DNA of 64,000 nucleotides from Vulcanimicrobiota bacterium. GTDB taxonomy: Bacteria; Vulcanimicrobiota; Vulcanimicrobiia; Vulcanimicrobiales; Vulcanimicrobiaceae. The translations under genes were made by a program, and so were the position numbers. The notes below the pieces were generated by a model. The model had not been told where the DNA came from. It saw only the letters and a program-made list of their open reading frames with translations, and did not search any database. Positions 49,897 through 59,445 of this stretch are shown here, piece by piece; position 1 is the stretch's first letter; the number at the start of each line of letters is the position of its first letter. The stretch lies in contig CAVTMN010000007.1 of the NCBI GenBank assembly GCA_963735845.1, positions 197,014 through 261,013 of the forward strand. Reading direction: 5' to 3'.

Positions 49897-50298
49897 ATGG
49901 TAACCACTAAACTGCCCTACGTGCCCTCGGACGCCGAGGTCTACAATCAACGAGACTGCCCTTCGCGGCTCATCCTAGAGCGGATAGCCGATAAGTGGAC
50001 CGCGCTGATCATCGGCATTCTCGCGCAGTCCGAGCGCCGCCGTTTCAACGAATTGCGCCGCATGATCGGCGGGATCTCGCAGAAGATGCTGACCCAAACG
50101 CTGCGCGATCTCGAGCGCGACGGGCTGGTGAAGCGGACCATCTATCCGGAAGTTCCGCCGCGCGTCGAGTACGAGCTCACACTATTGGGCCGCACGCTCT
50201 GCGCCCCGCTCGGTTCGCTCACGCAGTGGGCGCACGATCACATCGACGAGGTCAAGCGCGCGCAGACTAAGTTCGACGTGGGGCGGGCGCGTGGCTAA
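49897..50298 (+). CDS. HxlR-family winged-helix transcriptional regulator
   Basis: CPSRLILERIADKWTALIIGIL..RRFNELRRMIGGISQKMLTQTLRDLERDGLVKRTIYPEVPPRVEYELT. Confidence 0.85.
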   Translation: MVTTKLPYVPSDAEVYNQRDCPSRLILERIADKWTALIIGILAQSERRRFNELRRMIGGISQKMLTQTLRDLERDGLVKRTIYPEVPPRVEYELTLLGRTLCAPLGSLTQWAHDHIDEVKRAQTKFDVGRARG

Positions 50299-51073
50299 GG
50301 CGGCACTGCCGGCACTCTTCATCGGTCACGGCAACCCGCTTAACGCGCTGCGAGAGAACGAATACTCGCGCGCGTGGGCATCGCTCGGCGAGTCGATCCG
50401 CCGTCCGCGCGTTATTCTCTGCGTTTCGGCGCATTGGTGCGCCCCGCAAACGGCCGTGACGGCGATGTCGCGGCCCCGCACCATCCACGACTTTGGCGGT
50501 TTTCCGCAGGCGCTCTTCGAGGTGGAGTATCCGGCGCCGGGAGATCCGGCGTTTGCCAATCGTGTTGCCGCAGCGTTGGCGCCGATTGAAGTCGGTCGCG
50601 ACGAGACTTGGGGACTCGATCACGGGGCGTGGTCGATATTGGTGCACATGTATCCAAAGGCCGACGTTCCCGTCGTCCAGCTCAGCATCGACGAAACGCA
50701 GCCGGCGTTGTTTCACTACGAGTTAGGCAAGCGGCTGCGCCCACTGCGCGACGAGGGCGTTCTGCTGCTCGCCAGCGGCAATCTCATTCACAATCTCGAG
50801 GCATATGCATGGGGACGCCACGAGACCGAGCCGTATTCGTGGGCGCTGCGTTTTGAAGCGGAAGCGCGCAGGCTTCTCGATTCGGGCGACGATGCGCCGC
50901 TCGTGGAGTATGCAAAATTGGGGGGCGACGCGCTGCTGTCGATTCCAACGCCCGAGCACTACTTACCATTCCTCTATGCGCTCGGCGCGCGCTACGAGGG
51001 TGAGGAAGTGGCGTATCCCGTCGAAGGCATCGATGGCGGATCGATCTCGATGCTCGGCGTTCAGTTCGGCTAA
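50291..51073 (+). CDS. ygiD: Class III extradiol dioxygenase (4,5-DOPA dioxygenase, YgiD-like)
   Basis: LPALFIGHGNPLNAL..ILCVSAHW..TIHDFGGFPQALFEVEYPAPGDP..WGLDHGAWS..GNLIHNL. Confidence 0.8.
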   Translation: MAKAALPALFIGHGNPLNALRENEYSRAWASLGESIRRPRVILCVSAHWCAPQTAVTAMSRPRTIHDFGGFPQALFEVEYPAPGDPAFANRVAAALAPIEVGRDETWGLDHGAWSILVHMYPKADVPVVQLSIDETQPALFHYELGKRLRPLRDEGVLLLASGNLIHNLEAYAWGRHETEPYSWALRFEAEARRLLDSGDDAPLVEYAKLGGDALLSIPTPEHYLPFLYALGARYEGEEVAYPVEGIDGGSISMLGVQFG

Positions 51074-51492
51074 ACCTCTGAAATACTACACCGAAGCCTT
51101 TAAGAAATACGCCGTATTCTCCGGGCGCGCCACTCGGAGCGAGTATTGGTTCTTTGTTTTATTTAACGGGATCGTGACGATCGCGCTAGCGGTAATCGCG
51201 GCGGCTTCGAAGACGGCGCAATGGCCAATCCTTATTTATTACCTTGCAGCGCTGCTGCCTTCGTTGGCCGTTCTCGTAAGAAGGCTGCACGATACCGGTA
51301 GAAGCGCCTGGTGGGTTTTCGCTTCGATTTTCAGCCGGCGCGCTCATGGCGTTTGCCAACGTACTCCCGAACTATGCGTTGGTCTTTGCCATACCCGCAT
51401 TCTTGCTATCCCTTGTCATTTTGGCGTTCACGATCCAAGAAGGCGAACGCGGCACCAATCGCTACGGTCCGAACCCCAAAGAAGTGCTATAG
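51033..51492 (+). CDS. DUF805-family inner-membrane protein; one frame break
   Basis: ..YYTEAFKKYAVFSGRATRSEYWFFVLFNGIV..RRLHDTGRSAWWV. After the break near ~51330 it reads ..AFTIQEGERGTNRYGPNP. The start is uncertain (ATG 51033 overlaps ygiD, and CTG 51078 is an alternative). Confidence 0.6.
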
Positions 51493-51608
51493 GCTCGGTC
51501 CCATGAGCCTTTAGGCTCGAATTTTCCTCCATCGCCCGCACCATCCGAGGGGCGGTCCGCCCCGACTCTGTAGTCGTAACGATTGCACCCAAACAAGGGG
51601 ATATCGTA

Positions 51609-52975
51609 ATGATGCGCTGGATTTGCCTGGCTTACAGTGCCTGCGTCGTCTTAGGCCTCGGCGCCTGCACTCAAGGGACTTCTCAGTCGGGCAACGCGCT
51701 GCCGGCTGCGAGATCGGCGAACTCGAACGCGGCCGTCTCGCGATCGTCGTCGAGTGCGCCAATTTCGCACGTCATCATCGTCATTCAGGAGAATCGAAGC
51801 TTCGACAATCTCTTTGCGACGTTTCCAGGAGCCGAAGGTACGACCACCGGCAAGCTCCATAACGGCACGACGATACAGCTCAAGGCCCGCAAGCTCGAGA
51901 GCAAAATGGTTCTCAACAACAGCTGGCCTGCTTTCGTCACCGACTACGACAAGGGAAAGATGGACGGATTCGATTTGGTGTGGGTAGACGAACACCAGTG
52001 CACTCTGCGCCTATCAGTACGTTAAGCCGTCGCAGATTAAGCCGTACTGGTCGATGGCCAAACAATACGTGCTCGCCGACCACATGTTTCCGACCCAGGC
52101 GAGCGGCAGCTTTACGGCCCACCTTGATTTGATTCGCGGCGATACCAAGATCAACTCGTACGAGAGTTTGATCGATTTCCCGCAACACGGGCCGTGGGGT
52201 TGCGACGCGGCGCCGGGTATCACGACCTCGCTTCTGACCGACACGCAGCAGTATCTTTACGAGGAAGGTCCCTTCCCGTGCTTTACGTTCCCGACGATGC
52301 GCGATCTCTTGGACGCAAAAAGCGTCTCGTGGAAGTACTACACGCCGAACATTAAAACGCACGGCGGCGATATCTGGAACGCCTTCGATGCGATCCAGCA
52401 GGTTCGCAACGGATCGGAATGGGGCACCAACGTAACGTGGCCCGAGACGAACATTTTTACCGATATCTCGTCCGGAACGCTGCCGGCGGTTTCATGGATT
52501 GTTCCCGACGGTCAAAACTCCGATCATCCGGCCCAGCAGAACTGGGGAATCAAAAAAGACACGGGACCGTCATGGGTGGCGCAAGTCGTGAACGCGGTCG
52601 GCGAGAGCTCATATTGGAATTCGACCGCGATCGTCATCGTGTGGGACGACTGGGGCGGATTCTACGACCACGTTGCGCCTCCGCAGCTGGACTACACCGG
52701 TCTGGGCTTCCGCGTCCCGATGATCGTGGTATCGCCGTACGCTAAGGCCGGGCTACGTTTCGCATACACAGTACGAGTTCGGCAGCATTTTGAAGTTCGT
52801 CGAGGACACGTTCAGCTTGGGAAGCTTGGGCACGAGTGATAGCCGCGCGACGAGCATCGGCGACGTTTTCAACTTCAAGAAGCCGGCTCGAAGATTCAAG
52901 CAGATCGAGGCGCAGTACTCGAAGTCGTACTTCCTGCACGAGAAGCCTTCCAATATGCCGGTGGATACGAACTAA
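51609..52975 (+). CDS. Phosphoesterase-family protein (phospholipase C / AcpA-like), lipoprotein; two frame breaks
   Basis: Lipobox [22 protein letters not shown].. / ..[48 protein letters not shown] / ..[20 protein letters not shown]. Breaks near ~52000 and ~52755. Confidence 0.75.
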
Positions 52976-53033
52976 TAGCGCGCAGCGCCCAGCCCGAGGG
53001 ATTAGATTCTCGGCAAGTAAAAGACGGTCTAAA

Positions 53034-53973
53034 ATGTCCGAGTCGCCACGAACCGTAATAGTCGCCGTCCTGGTAAACGTGGGCATCGCCGTTGCTAAGT
53101 ATGTCGCCAGCGCTTTGACGGGAAGCGCGGCGATGACAGCCGAGGCGATTCACTCCAGCGTCGATGCAGGCAACTCAGCGCTATTGCTCGTGGGGTTGCA
53201 CCGATCGACCAAGCCCGCCGACGAGCGTCATCCCTTCGGCTACGGTCGCGAGATCTATTTTTGGTCGCTGGTGGTAGCCGTCGTTATCTTTGGAGCCGGA
53301 GGGGTTGCCGCGATAGCGGAAGGCGTTAGCCGGTTTTATGAGCCGCACCAATTGCAAAACGTTCTAGTGAACTACGTCGTTCTCGGCATCGCCCTCGTTT
53401 TTGAGGGGGTCTCGTGGCTTGTCGCGTATCGCGGAATATCTAAGGAGCACCCTGGAATGTGGCCCTTTGCCGCAGCCGGACGAAGCAAAGACCCAAGCCT
53501 TTTCGTGGTGCTGTTCGAAGACACGGCCGCGATTATAGGTCTGCTGATTGCGCTTGTCGTCGGGACCGTGTGCGCCTCGTTTTTCCCTGCCATGCACCTA
53601 GACGCGATTGCGTCGCTGCTGATTGGACTTCTGCTCATTGCAACTGCCCTGTTCCTAATGAACAGAACGCGAAGCCTGCTCGTCGGCGAAAGCGGTGACG
53701 AAGAAGTTCTAAATGGAATCCGAGCCTTGCTGGCGGCGGATCCGCGAGTGCGCATCCGTTCACCGCATCCTCTCCGCGCAGATGTCGCCCGGAAATCTAC
53801 TTCTGAATCTCGACCTTCGTCTCGAACGCAGCATTGTCATCAAGGATATGCCCGAGGCGATTCAGGGCGTCGAAGGGGCTATTCGCGACAAGTTTCCCAT
53901 GGTGAAGGAGGTCTTCATAGAAGTGCAGGCCTTTAGTGTCCCCAAAGATGCTACGCTGGTAGATACGACCTAA
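53034..53973 (+). CDS. Cation diffusion facilitator (CDF) metal efflux transporter; one frame break
   Basis: VIVAVLVNVGIAVAKYVASALTGSAAMTAEAIHSSVDAGN..HPFGYGRE..FEDTAAIIGL. The C-terminal cytoplasmic domain is in ORF 53713..53973 after the break near ~53750. Confidence 0.8.
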
Positions 53974-53986
53974 AATGCCTGAGCTC

Positions 53987-55141
53987 TTAGCATTTCGGTA
54001 TCCGGCTGCTCGCCGGTGGCCGGTATGGATTCTTTGGTTCGTACATCAAGCGGTTCGGCGCAGTGCCGTCGACGCGCACGTAGTAAGTGGATTCGCGCCC
54101 GCACCACGTCCTGAAATCGAACGTATCCCCTTGCGCGCTTAGCTTCGTTACGGTGAGTTTTCCCGAGACGAATGGCCGGCCTCGCACGATCTGCCTTGCC
54201 GCGCCTCCGCGAATCAAGAACGCCGAGCCGCCGCTACCTTGCAGAAGCAGCGTTCCGATGCCGCGTTTATCGACGACGATGCCGCTGGCCTCGTCCACGG
54301 CGACGCCCAGCACCAGTTGCTTTCGGTGCTGAACTTTTCCCTCGGCGATCTGCCGAGCCATGAACACGGCCGTACGGCCGAAGCGATTGCGCGTGACGAA
54401 GTGCTGGTCGGTAATGGCGTCGGCGAGCGCCGGGAACTTCAAAAAGTCATACGTAAAGCTGATGATCCGCTCCCACGGATGCTGGACGGCGTTGTCGGTC
54501 GTCGTGTCGCGGTCGCCTTCGGCAACCGCATCGAAAACGTACTTACCCAAGATCGCCTCGCCCGCGCTGGTACCGCCGATCACGCCTCCGCGCCCGTAGA
54601 CGTCCAACACCGCGCTTTGAATCGGCGTATCCTTCCAAATCACGTAATCCGCCTGATTTCCGCCGGCGAAGAAAACGGCACCCGAGCGTTCGATGATGCG
54701 CGCGGCAGCTTTCAGCGTACTAGTATTTGAGCACGTCGGAATCAGTAACGTCCGCACCGAGTTGTAAGGGGCGAGACGGTAGATGTAGCGGTCGTAATCG
54801 TTATTGCCGGTGGCGCGCAACACGACGAGATCGGCGCCGCGTTTAGCGGAACTGCCGACGATCGTGTCGTGGATCCAGACGAACTCCGCGTCCACGTCGG
54901 TCCCGCCTCCGCCGAGCACGAGTCCCGGACCGTTCAGCTTGGCCCGCTCGGGTCGCGGCGCGCCGCGCGGCGCATAGAAGATCGGGTGGCAGCCTCGAGC
55001 CGGCTCGGTCGGAAGATGCGCGGTCGCCGGCGACACGACCGCGGGTGTCGTCGGCCGGCCGCAGGCAGTCGCGGTCAACGTCGCGATCGTGAAGAGAACG
55101 AGAACGATATCGGTGCGGCCGAACCGTTGCCACGCGATCAT
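53987..55141 (-). CDS. Peptidase S51 (cyanophycinase-like) family lipoprotein
   Basis: Lipobox LTATAC. ..AVFFAGGNQADY..VIGGTSAGEAILG (nucleophile Ser). ATG 55141 is ATGA-coupled to the upstream gene, and the track start at 55159 is also possible. Confidence 0.65.
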   Translation of the reverse strand: MIAWQRFGRTDIVLVLFTIATLTATACGRPTTPAVVSPATAHLPTEPARGCHPIFYAPRGAPRPERAKLNGPGLVLGGGGTDVDAEFVWIHDTIVGSSAKRGADLVVLRATGNNDYDRYIYRLAPYNSVRTLLIPTCSNTSTLKAAARIIERSGAVFFAGGNQADYVIWKDTPIQSAVLDVYGRGGVIGGTSAGEAILGKYVFDAVAEGDRDTTTDNAVQHPWERIISFTYDFLKFPALADAITDQHFVTRNRFGRTAVFMARQIAEGKVQHRKQLVLGVAVDEASGIVVDKRGIGTLLLQGSGGSAFLIRGGAARQIVRGRPFVSGKLTVTKLSAQGDTFDFRTWCGRESTYYVRVDGTAPNRLMYEPKNPYRPPASSRIPKC

Positions 55142-55725
55142 TCTTCGGCGATTGGCCAAGGATTGTCGATCTCTAAGCGCCGCATCTCGGGAGGATACGT
55201 ACCCGGCCTGTCTCGTGTAAGGTCCAGCGTGACCACCACGAGATATTCAAACATTTCCCACATCGTGTTGCTGCCTTGTGCCTTGCGGAAAAATGCAATG
55301 TAGGGTGTTAGGCGAGTCCATTCTTGAATGATTAGCTGTTCGTATTGATATACGAACAGATCGCGGTCAATGCATCCGTTCTTGAGCAGCAGCCCCATCT
55401 GGTCGAACGTATTCCCAACCGAAATAGCGGCACGACGAACGTCGAGCTGCTCTGAATCGACATCGGGTAACGGTAGGCCCCGAGCGTGAGCGATTTCATA
55501 TCGGCGGAACGAGGGATCGCTAAGGATGGCATTAAGTTTGCGACCCACTAGCCCGCACGCTTCGATATACGCCGAACTGTCAAACTGCTTGCCGATCTCG
55601 AGCATGGCGTTTATTTGATTGCTCACGCGCAAATGCCTCAATTGAACGAGTGCGGCGAGGGCGGTGGCCGCGACGATGGCCACGGTTGACAAGCTGGCAA
55701 CGGTGTTAAGGACTTCGAGCGACAA
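55138..55725 (-). CDS. Membrane-anchored hypothetical protein (DUF4760-like, tentative), lower GC than its surroundings
   Basis: Intact 195 aa with an N-terminal helix LSTVAIVAATALAALVQL. GC is visibly about 52-54% against about 65% in the flanks. Confidence 0.5.
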   Translation of the reverse strand: MSLEVLNTVASLSTVAIVAATALAALVQLRHLRVSNQINAMLEIGKQFDSSAYIEACGLVGRKLNAILSDPSFRRYEIAHARGLPLPDVDSEQLDVRRAAISVGNTFDQMGLLLKNGCIDRDLFVYQYEQLIIQEWTRLTPYIAFFRKAQGSNTMWEMFEYLVVVTLDLTRDRPGTYPPEMRRLEIDNPWPIAEE

Positions 55726-55794
55726 GGTTGCCTCCGCCCTTTACAGAGTCTGCGAGAAGATGGTGCCGTATAGCAGTGGTGGCGCGGCAGGCGC

Positions 55795-56140
55795 TTATTG
55801 TCCGGCACGTTTGAGATCGGCAACGAGCGCTTTCGAAGCGGGCGCCGGGACTCCAAGATTTTGAAGCGCGGAGTCCGTAAACTTTCCGCTCGTCACCTTG
55901 ACGATCGTCCATCCGGTCTTGCCTTTTTTCGTCAGCGCCTCGCCGGCGGTGTAGTTCCCGCCGGCATTCCAGAACGCGATGGCGTAGGGCTTTTCAGCCA
56001 CCATTTTGACGTTGATGTCGCTGGCCTTGAGGCGGTCCTGAACGATGCCGAGACGCTACGGCATCGTCGGCGCCAAGGATCTCCGCGCCGGCAGGTGCGA
56101 CGGACGCCAGCACTAGAGCGACAAAAACAAACGTTCGCAT
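55795..56140 (-). CDS. Small secreted hypothetical protein; one frame break
   Basis: MRTFVFVALVLASVAPAGA joins ORF 55795..56004 (..NVKMVAEKPYAIAFWNAGGNYTAG..) near ~56050. No convincing SD. Confidence 0.35.
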
Positions 56141-56202
56141 GAGGTGCTCGCAGGCGGAAGCTCGACAACTCGGTCGCGCTTACGCCTGCAGCGTGATGTG
56201 GT

Positions 56203-56679
56203 CTAGAGGTGCTTTACGTGCGCCCAGGACGTTATGCGCCAGCCATTCGCCGTCTTCTTAAGCGTCACGACGAGGGCTGAACCCTGCTCCCTTACGGTCG
56301 CACCCTTTTGATTGTAGTGGTAGTCGAATGGAGTACTGATGTACGCGTTATTCCCGGTCACGAACACGTGCCACGGCATGCCGATGCCGGCGGTTGCGTC
56401 GGTGATTTGAGCCGTCTTGTCGTAGGCGTCTCGCGCGTTCCAATAATCGGTGCAACCCGTCGCTCCACCGTCAAGGTACGGATCGAAAGTGTCGATCATA
56501 AAGGCCGGGGAATCGCACAACGCCACGAACTTGCTCATGTTGTTTTTGTTCATCGCGTCTATGGCAAGCTTGACGGTGTTAATCGCATCGCTCGAGGGCG
56601 ATGCCGAGCAGATTGCAGGCGTTGCCGAAAACGCCAGAGCCGCGGTCAGCGCCCAACCTGCAAATCGATGGATTCTCAT
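56203..56679 (-). CDS. Secreted NTF2/SnoaL-like (DUF4440-type) protein
   Basis: ATG 56679 follows AAGGGAGAG. Signal peptide. ..AIDAMNKNNMSKFVALCD..GSALVVTLKKTANGWRITSWAHV. Confidence 0.55.
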   Translation of the reverse strand: MRIHRFAGWALTAALAFSATPAICSASPSSDAINTVKLAIDAMNKNNMSKFVALCDSPAFMIDTFDPYLDGGATGCTDYWNARDAYDKTAQITDATAGIGMPWHVFVTGNNAYISTPFDYHYNQKGATVREQGSALVVTLKKTANGWRITSWAHVKHL

Positions 56680-56916
56680 GCTCTCTCCCTTATGAAGCTG
56701 CAGCAGCGCAGCCCCTGAAGCTGCAGTGGTGCAACTCCGATAGCTTGGAAGTTTTCGGCAAGGCAGGCTTCCCCCTGCCCGCCAAGGGCGTGCGACAGGC
56801 CTTTTCGCCGGCATTCCGCTTCAATCGCGCGTAGAACCGATAGGTCTAACCCTGCGAGCTCTTTTTGGTGTTTATATACTGTTCATATTAGCAAATTGGG
56901 TTCAAGTAACCTCAAG

Positions 56917-58917
56917 TCAGGCCGCCGTCGTGCGTTTCGTCGGAAGAACGATACGCATTCTCGTGCCCATTCCGGGCTCAGCTTCGATTTGGACGTCACG
57001 CGCCAGGGACGCAATCAGAAAAAGACCGCGTCCGTTTTCGTTCAGTGCGTCCGCGGGCAACGCTGCCTCGAATCGCGGCAGTCCGGGCCCGGCGTCAGAA
57101 ACGATAACGACCGGATACGCATCCGTCCAATCGACGTCAACGCTGACCGAGCCCGGCGCATGCTCGACCGTGTTTGCGAGTGCCTCACCGATGATGAGCT
57201 CGGCACGAAACAGCTCGTCTTCATTCGACGCGAACGATCGTATGAAGTGCGTGATCTCGCGGCGTAATGCATGCGCACCGAGCGGATTTCTTGAATCGTA
57301 ACTCCAGGATTTTTGAAACCGGACGCTGAGTTGAAGCACCAGGAGTACCGTATCGTCGGTGGGTCTTTGGTCACCCATGATGCTGCGTTGGATGAGAAGC
57401 GCGGGACGATCCACGTGCGGGTCGTCAACTAGATGCTTAACTGCCTGTAATACCGCTCGTTCGGTGCGTTCGATATCTCGCTTGAACTCAGTGAGCCCAT
57501 CGGTGTAGAAGAGAATCGCCGCATCGGGCTCCAAAGCTATGGTGTGCGTTTCCGCCGCGATCGGAATGCCGATGCCGAACGGGAAGCCTCCGTGTGGAAG
57601 CGATCGTGCTGCGGTACGCGGGCTCGCAACGATCGGCGGCGGATGTCCCGCGCCGGCGTAACTGAGCGTAGAGAGATCCTGGCTCAAAATGGCGACCAAC
57701 GCGGTGACCGGAGCCTCCTGGCTAGATCCTAGCGCCTGGTCGACCTTGGCAAGGATCGCGGCGGGATCCGGGGCGTCGAAGGCTGCGGTGAAAATGCTGC
57801 GCCGAAGGCGCGCAGCCGTTACGGCCGCGTCGAGTCCATGACCGGTCACGTCGCCAATCGAAAAAGCAATGCGTCCGTCGGGCAGCTCGAAGCCATCGTA
57901 CCAGTCTCCACCGATCAGCGCTTCGCGCTCGGCCGCGATGTAAAGGGCATCGGAGCGAACGCCACGGCGCTGCGGGAGATGCTCGGGAAGGAACGCGGCT
58001 TGCAGCATTACCGCCGATCGCTGCGTCTCCGTCAACAGTGCTTGGAGAGCGAGACGAGCGGTCCGCCTTTCGGCGGTGATCGCGCCAAGCACCAGTCCCG
58101 TTATCGCCAGAACCGACATCCAACTATCAAGTTGGACGAGTCGTGAATCGAGAGAACCCGAGGCCCAGGGACCCAAACCATGCGATGTCGCCCAGATGGC
58201 CAGACCGCCAACAACTGCAATTGCTGCAGTCATTTCGCGCTGTCGAAAACGCAGAGCCGTCCAAATTATGAACGGGTAGACCGAAAAGCGTAGCGGGATA
58301 TTGCTTAGAAACGAAATTGAGCTTGACGCAAGCAACGTGGCGCCGAGAGCGGCAAGCTCGAGCGTGCTGCCATTTGGAGATTCCTTCTGCCTCGCGCCGA
58401 TCCACGAGAGCAACAACGGCGTAACGAAGAGCACGCCCATCGCGTCGCCCGCCCACCATACCCACCAAACCGATAGGAAAGCACTCCACGGGATAATTCG
58501 AGCAAGTGCGAGTTGGGCGACGCCATTCGTCGCGGATACCGTCATTGCAATCGCCGAACCGAACAGCACGAGGAGAAGAACGTCGCGCACGCGCTGTAGC
58601 GCATTATCGAAACCGAACCGTCGCAGGAGGAAGTTGCCGAACAACGGCGCGAGCGTATTCCCCGTCGCGATCGCCGCGGCTGTCAAAACTGGCTCGAAGC
58701 TGAGTGCATTACTCACAAACGCTCCGAGCCAAATCCCCGGCCAGACGCGATACCCCCAGATCAAGATAGCGGCGAGCGCAATGCCGGTCGGCGGCCACAC
58801 CGCCGTCACTTGCTTCGTCGTGAACGCCATCGTGAAGCCAAACTTCGCTGCAGCAATGTATGCGACGGCCACCAAAAGCGGGACAAATATTGTCCGAGGA
58901 AGCGTCTTCAAGTGCAC
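56917..58917 (-). CDS. MASE1 membrane sensor fused to a PP2C/SpoIIE phosphatase and an RsbW-type HATPase domain
   Basis: Intact 666 aa. MASE1-like N-terminus (VTAVWPPTGIALAAILIWGYRVWPGIWLGAFVSN). PP2C domain (IGGDWYDGF..FSIGDVTGHGLDAA..YTDGLTE). C-terminal GEALANTVEHA..VSDAGPG..GRGLFLIASLA. Confidence 0.8.
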   Translation of the reverse strand: MHLKTLPRTIFVPLLVAVAYIAAAKFGFTMAFTTKQVTAVWPPTGIALAAILIWGYRVWPGIWLGAFVSNALSFEPVLTAAAIATGNTLAPLFGNFLLRRFGFDNALQRVRDVLLLVLFGSAIAMTVSATNGVAQLALARIIPWSAFLSVWWVWWAGDAMGVLFVTPLLLSWIGARQKESPNGSTLELAALGATLLASSSISFLSNIPLRFSVYPFIIWTALRFRQREMTAAIAVVGGLAIWATSHGLGPWASGSLDSRLVQLDSWMSVLAITGLVLGAITAERRTARLALQALLTETQRSAVMLQAAFLPEHLPQRRGVRSDALYIAAEREALIGGDWYDGFELPDGRIAFSIGDVTGHGLDAAVTAARLRRSIFTAAFDAPDPAAILAKVDQALGSSQEAPVTALVAILSQDLSTLSYAGAGHPPPIVASPRTAARSLPHGGFPFGIGIPIAAETHTIALEPDAAILFYTDGLTEFKRDIERTERAVLQAVKHLVDDPHVDRPALLIQRSIMGDQRPTDDTVLLVLQLSVRFQKSWSYDSRNPLGAHALRREITHFIRSFASNEDELFRAELIIGEALANTVEHAPGSVSVDVDWTDAYPVVIVSDAGPGLPRFEAALPADALNENGRGLFLIASLARDVQIEAEPGMGTRMRIVLPTKRTTAA

Positions 58918-59004
58918 CTCCAGCGAAATTCATGAAGCCTCGCGGCGGACCTTCTCGATTGTCGGACTTTTGATTGTCGTAAGATTCCGGGCCTGGAGGC
59001 CCGC

Positions 59005-59324
59005 GTGGCGATGCGTGTTCACGCGACCTGGTCGGGAGTCGGAACGGCTCCGAGCGTGCTCGGCGGCGCCGTGAATATCAAACGATCGGCCTTTCCACAT
59101 TACCGAGACCGCATACCCGAAAACCCCCGACGCGTTATCGTTATGGTCTACGTGAACGCTACGGGCGATGTGTCCGGCGTTAGCCTAGCGGAGTCGAGTG
59201 GGAATGCGATGCTGGACGAAGGAGCCATTGAGTCGGCTCAAGCGAGTACGTTCACACCCGGCACGTTAAACTGCTTGCCCATGGGCGGCGTGTTCGGTTC
59301 ATCTTGTCTTGGGCTCACGTGTGA
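59005..59324 (+). CDS. TonB C-terminal-domain protein or fragment; probable frame break
   Basis: ..AFPHYRDRIPENPRRVIVMVYVNATGDVSGVSLAESSGNAMLDEGAIESAQASTFTPG.. matches TonB_C. The alternative frame from ~59290 ends VRFILSWAHV*. No N-terminal anchor or Pro-rich region was found. Confidence 0.4.
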
Positions 59325-59445
59325 AGAGCGCGCTAAAGACGCTACTGGTGTTCGTCGCCGCCCGTTCCGGATTACACCCTTGCACACGTCCACACACATT
59401 CTAATGCGGCGGATACGGTCGAAGTGACGTCGGAGATCCTTAAGT

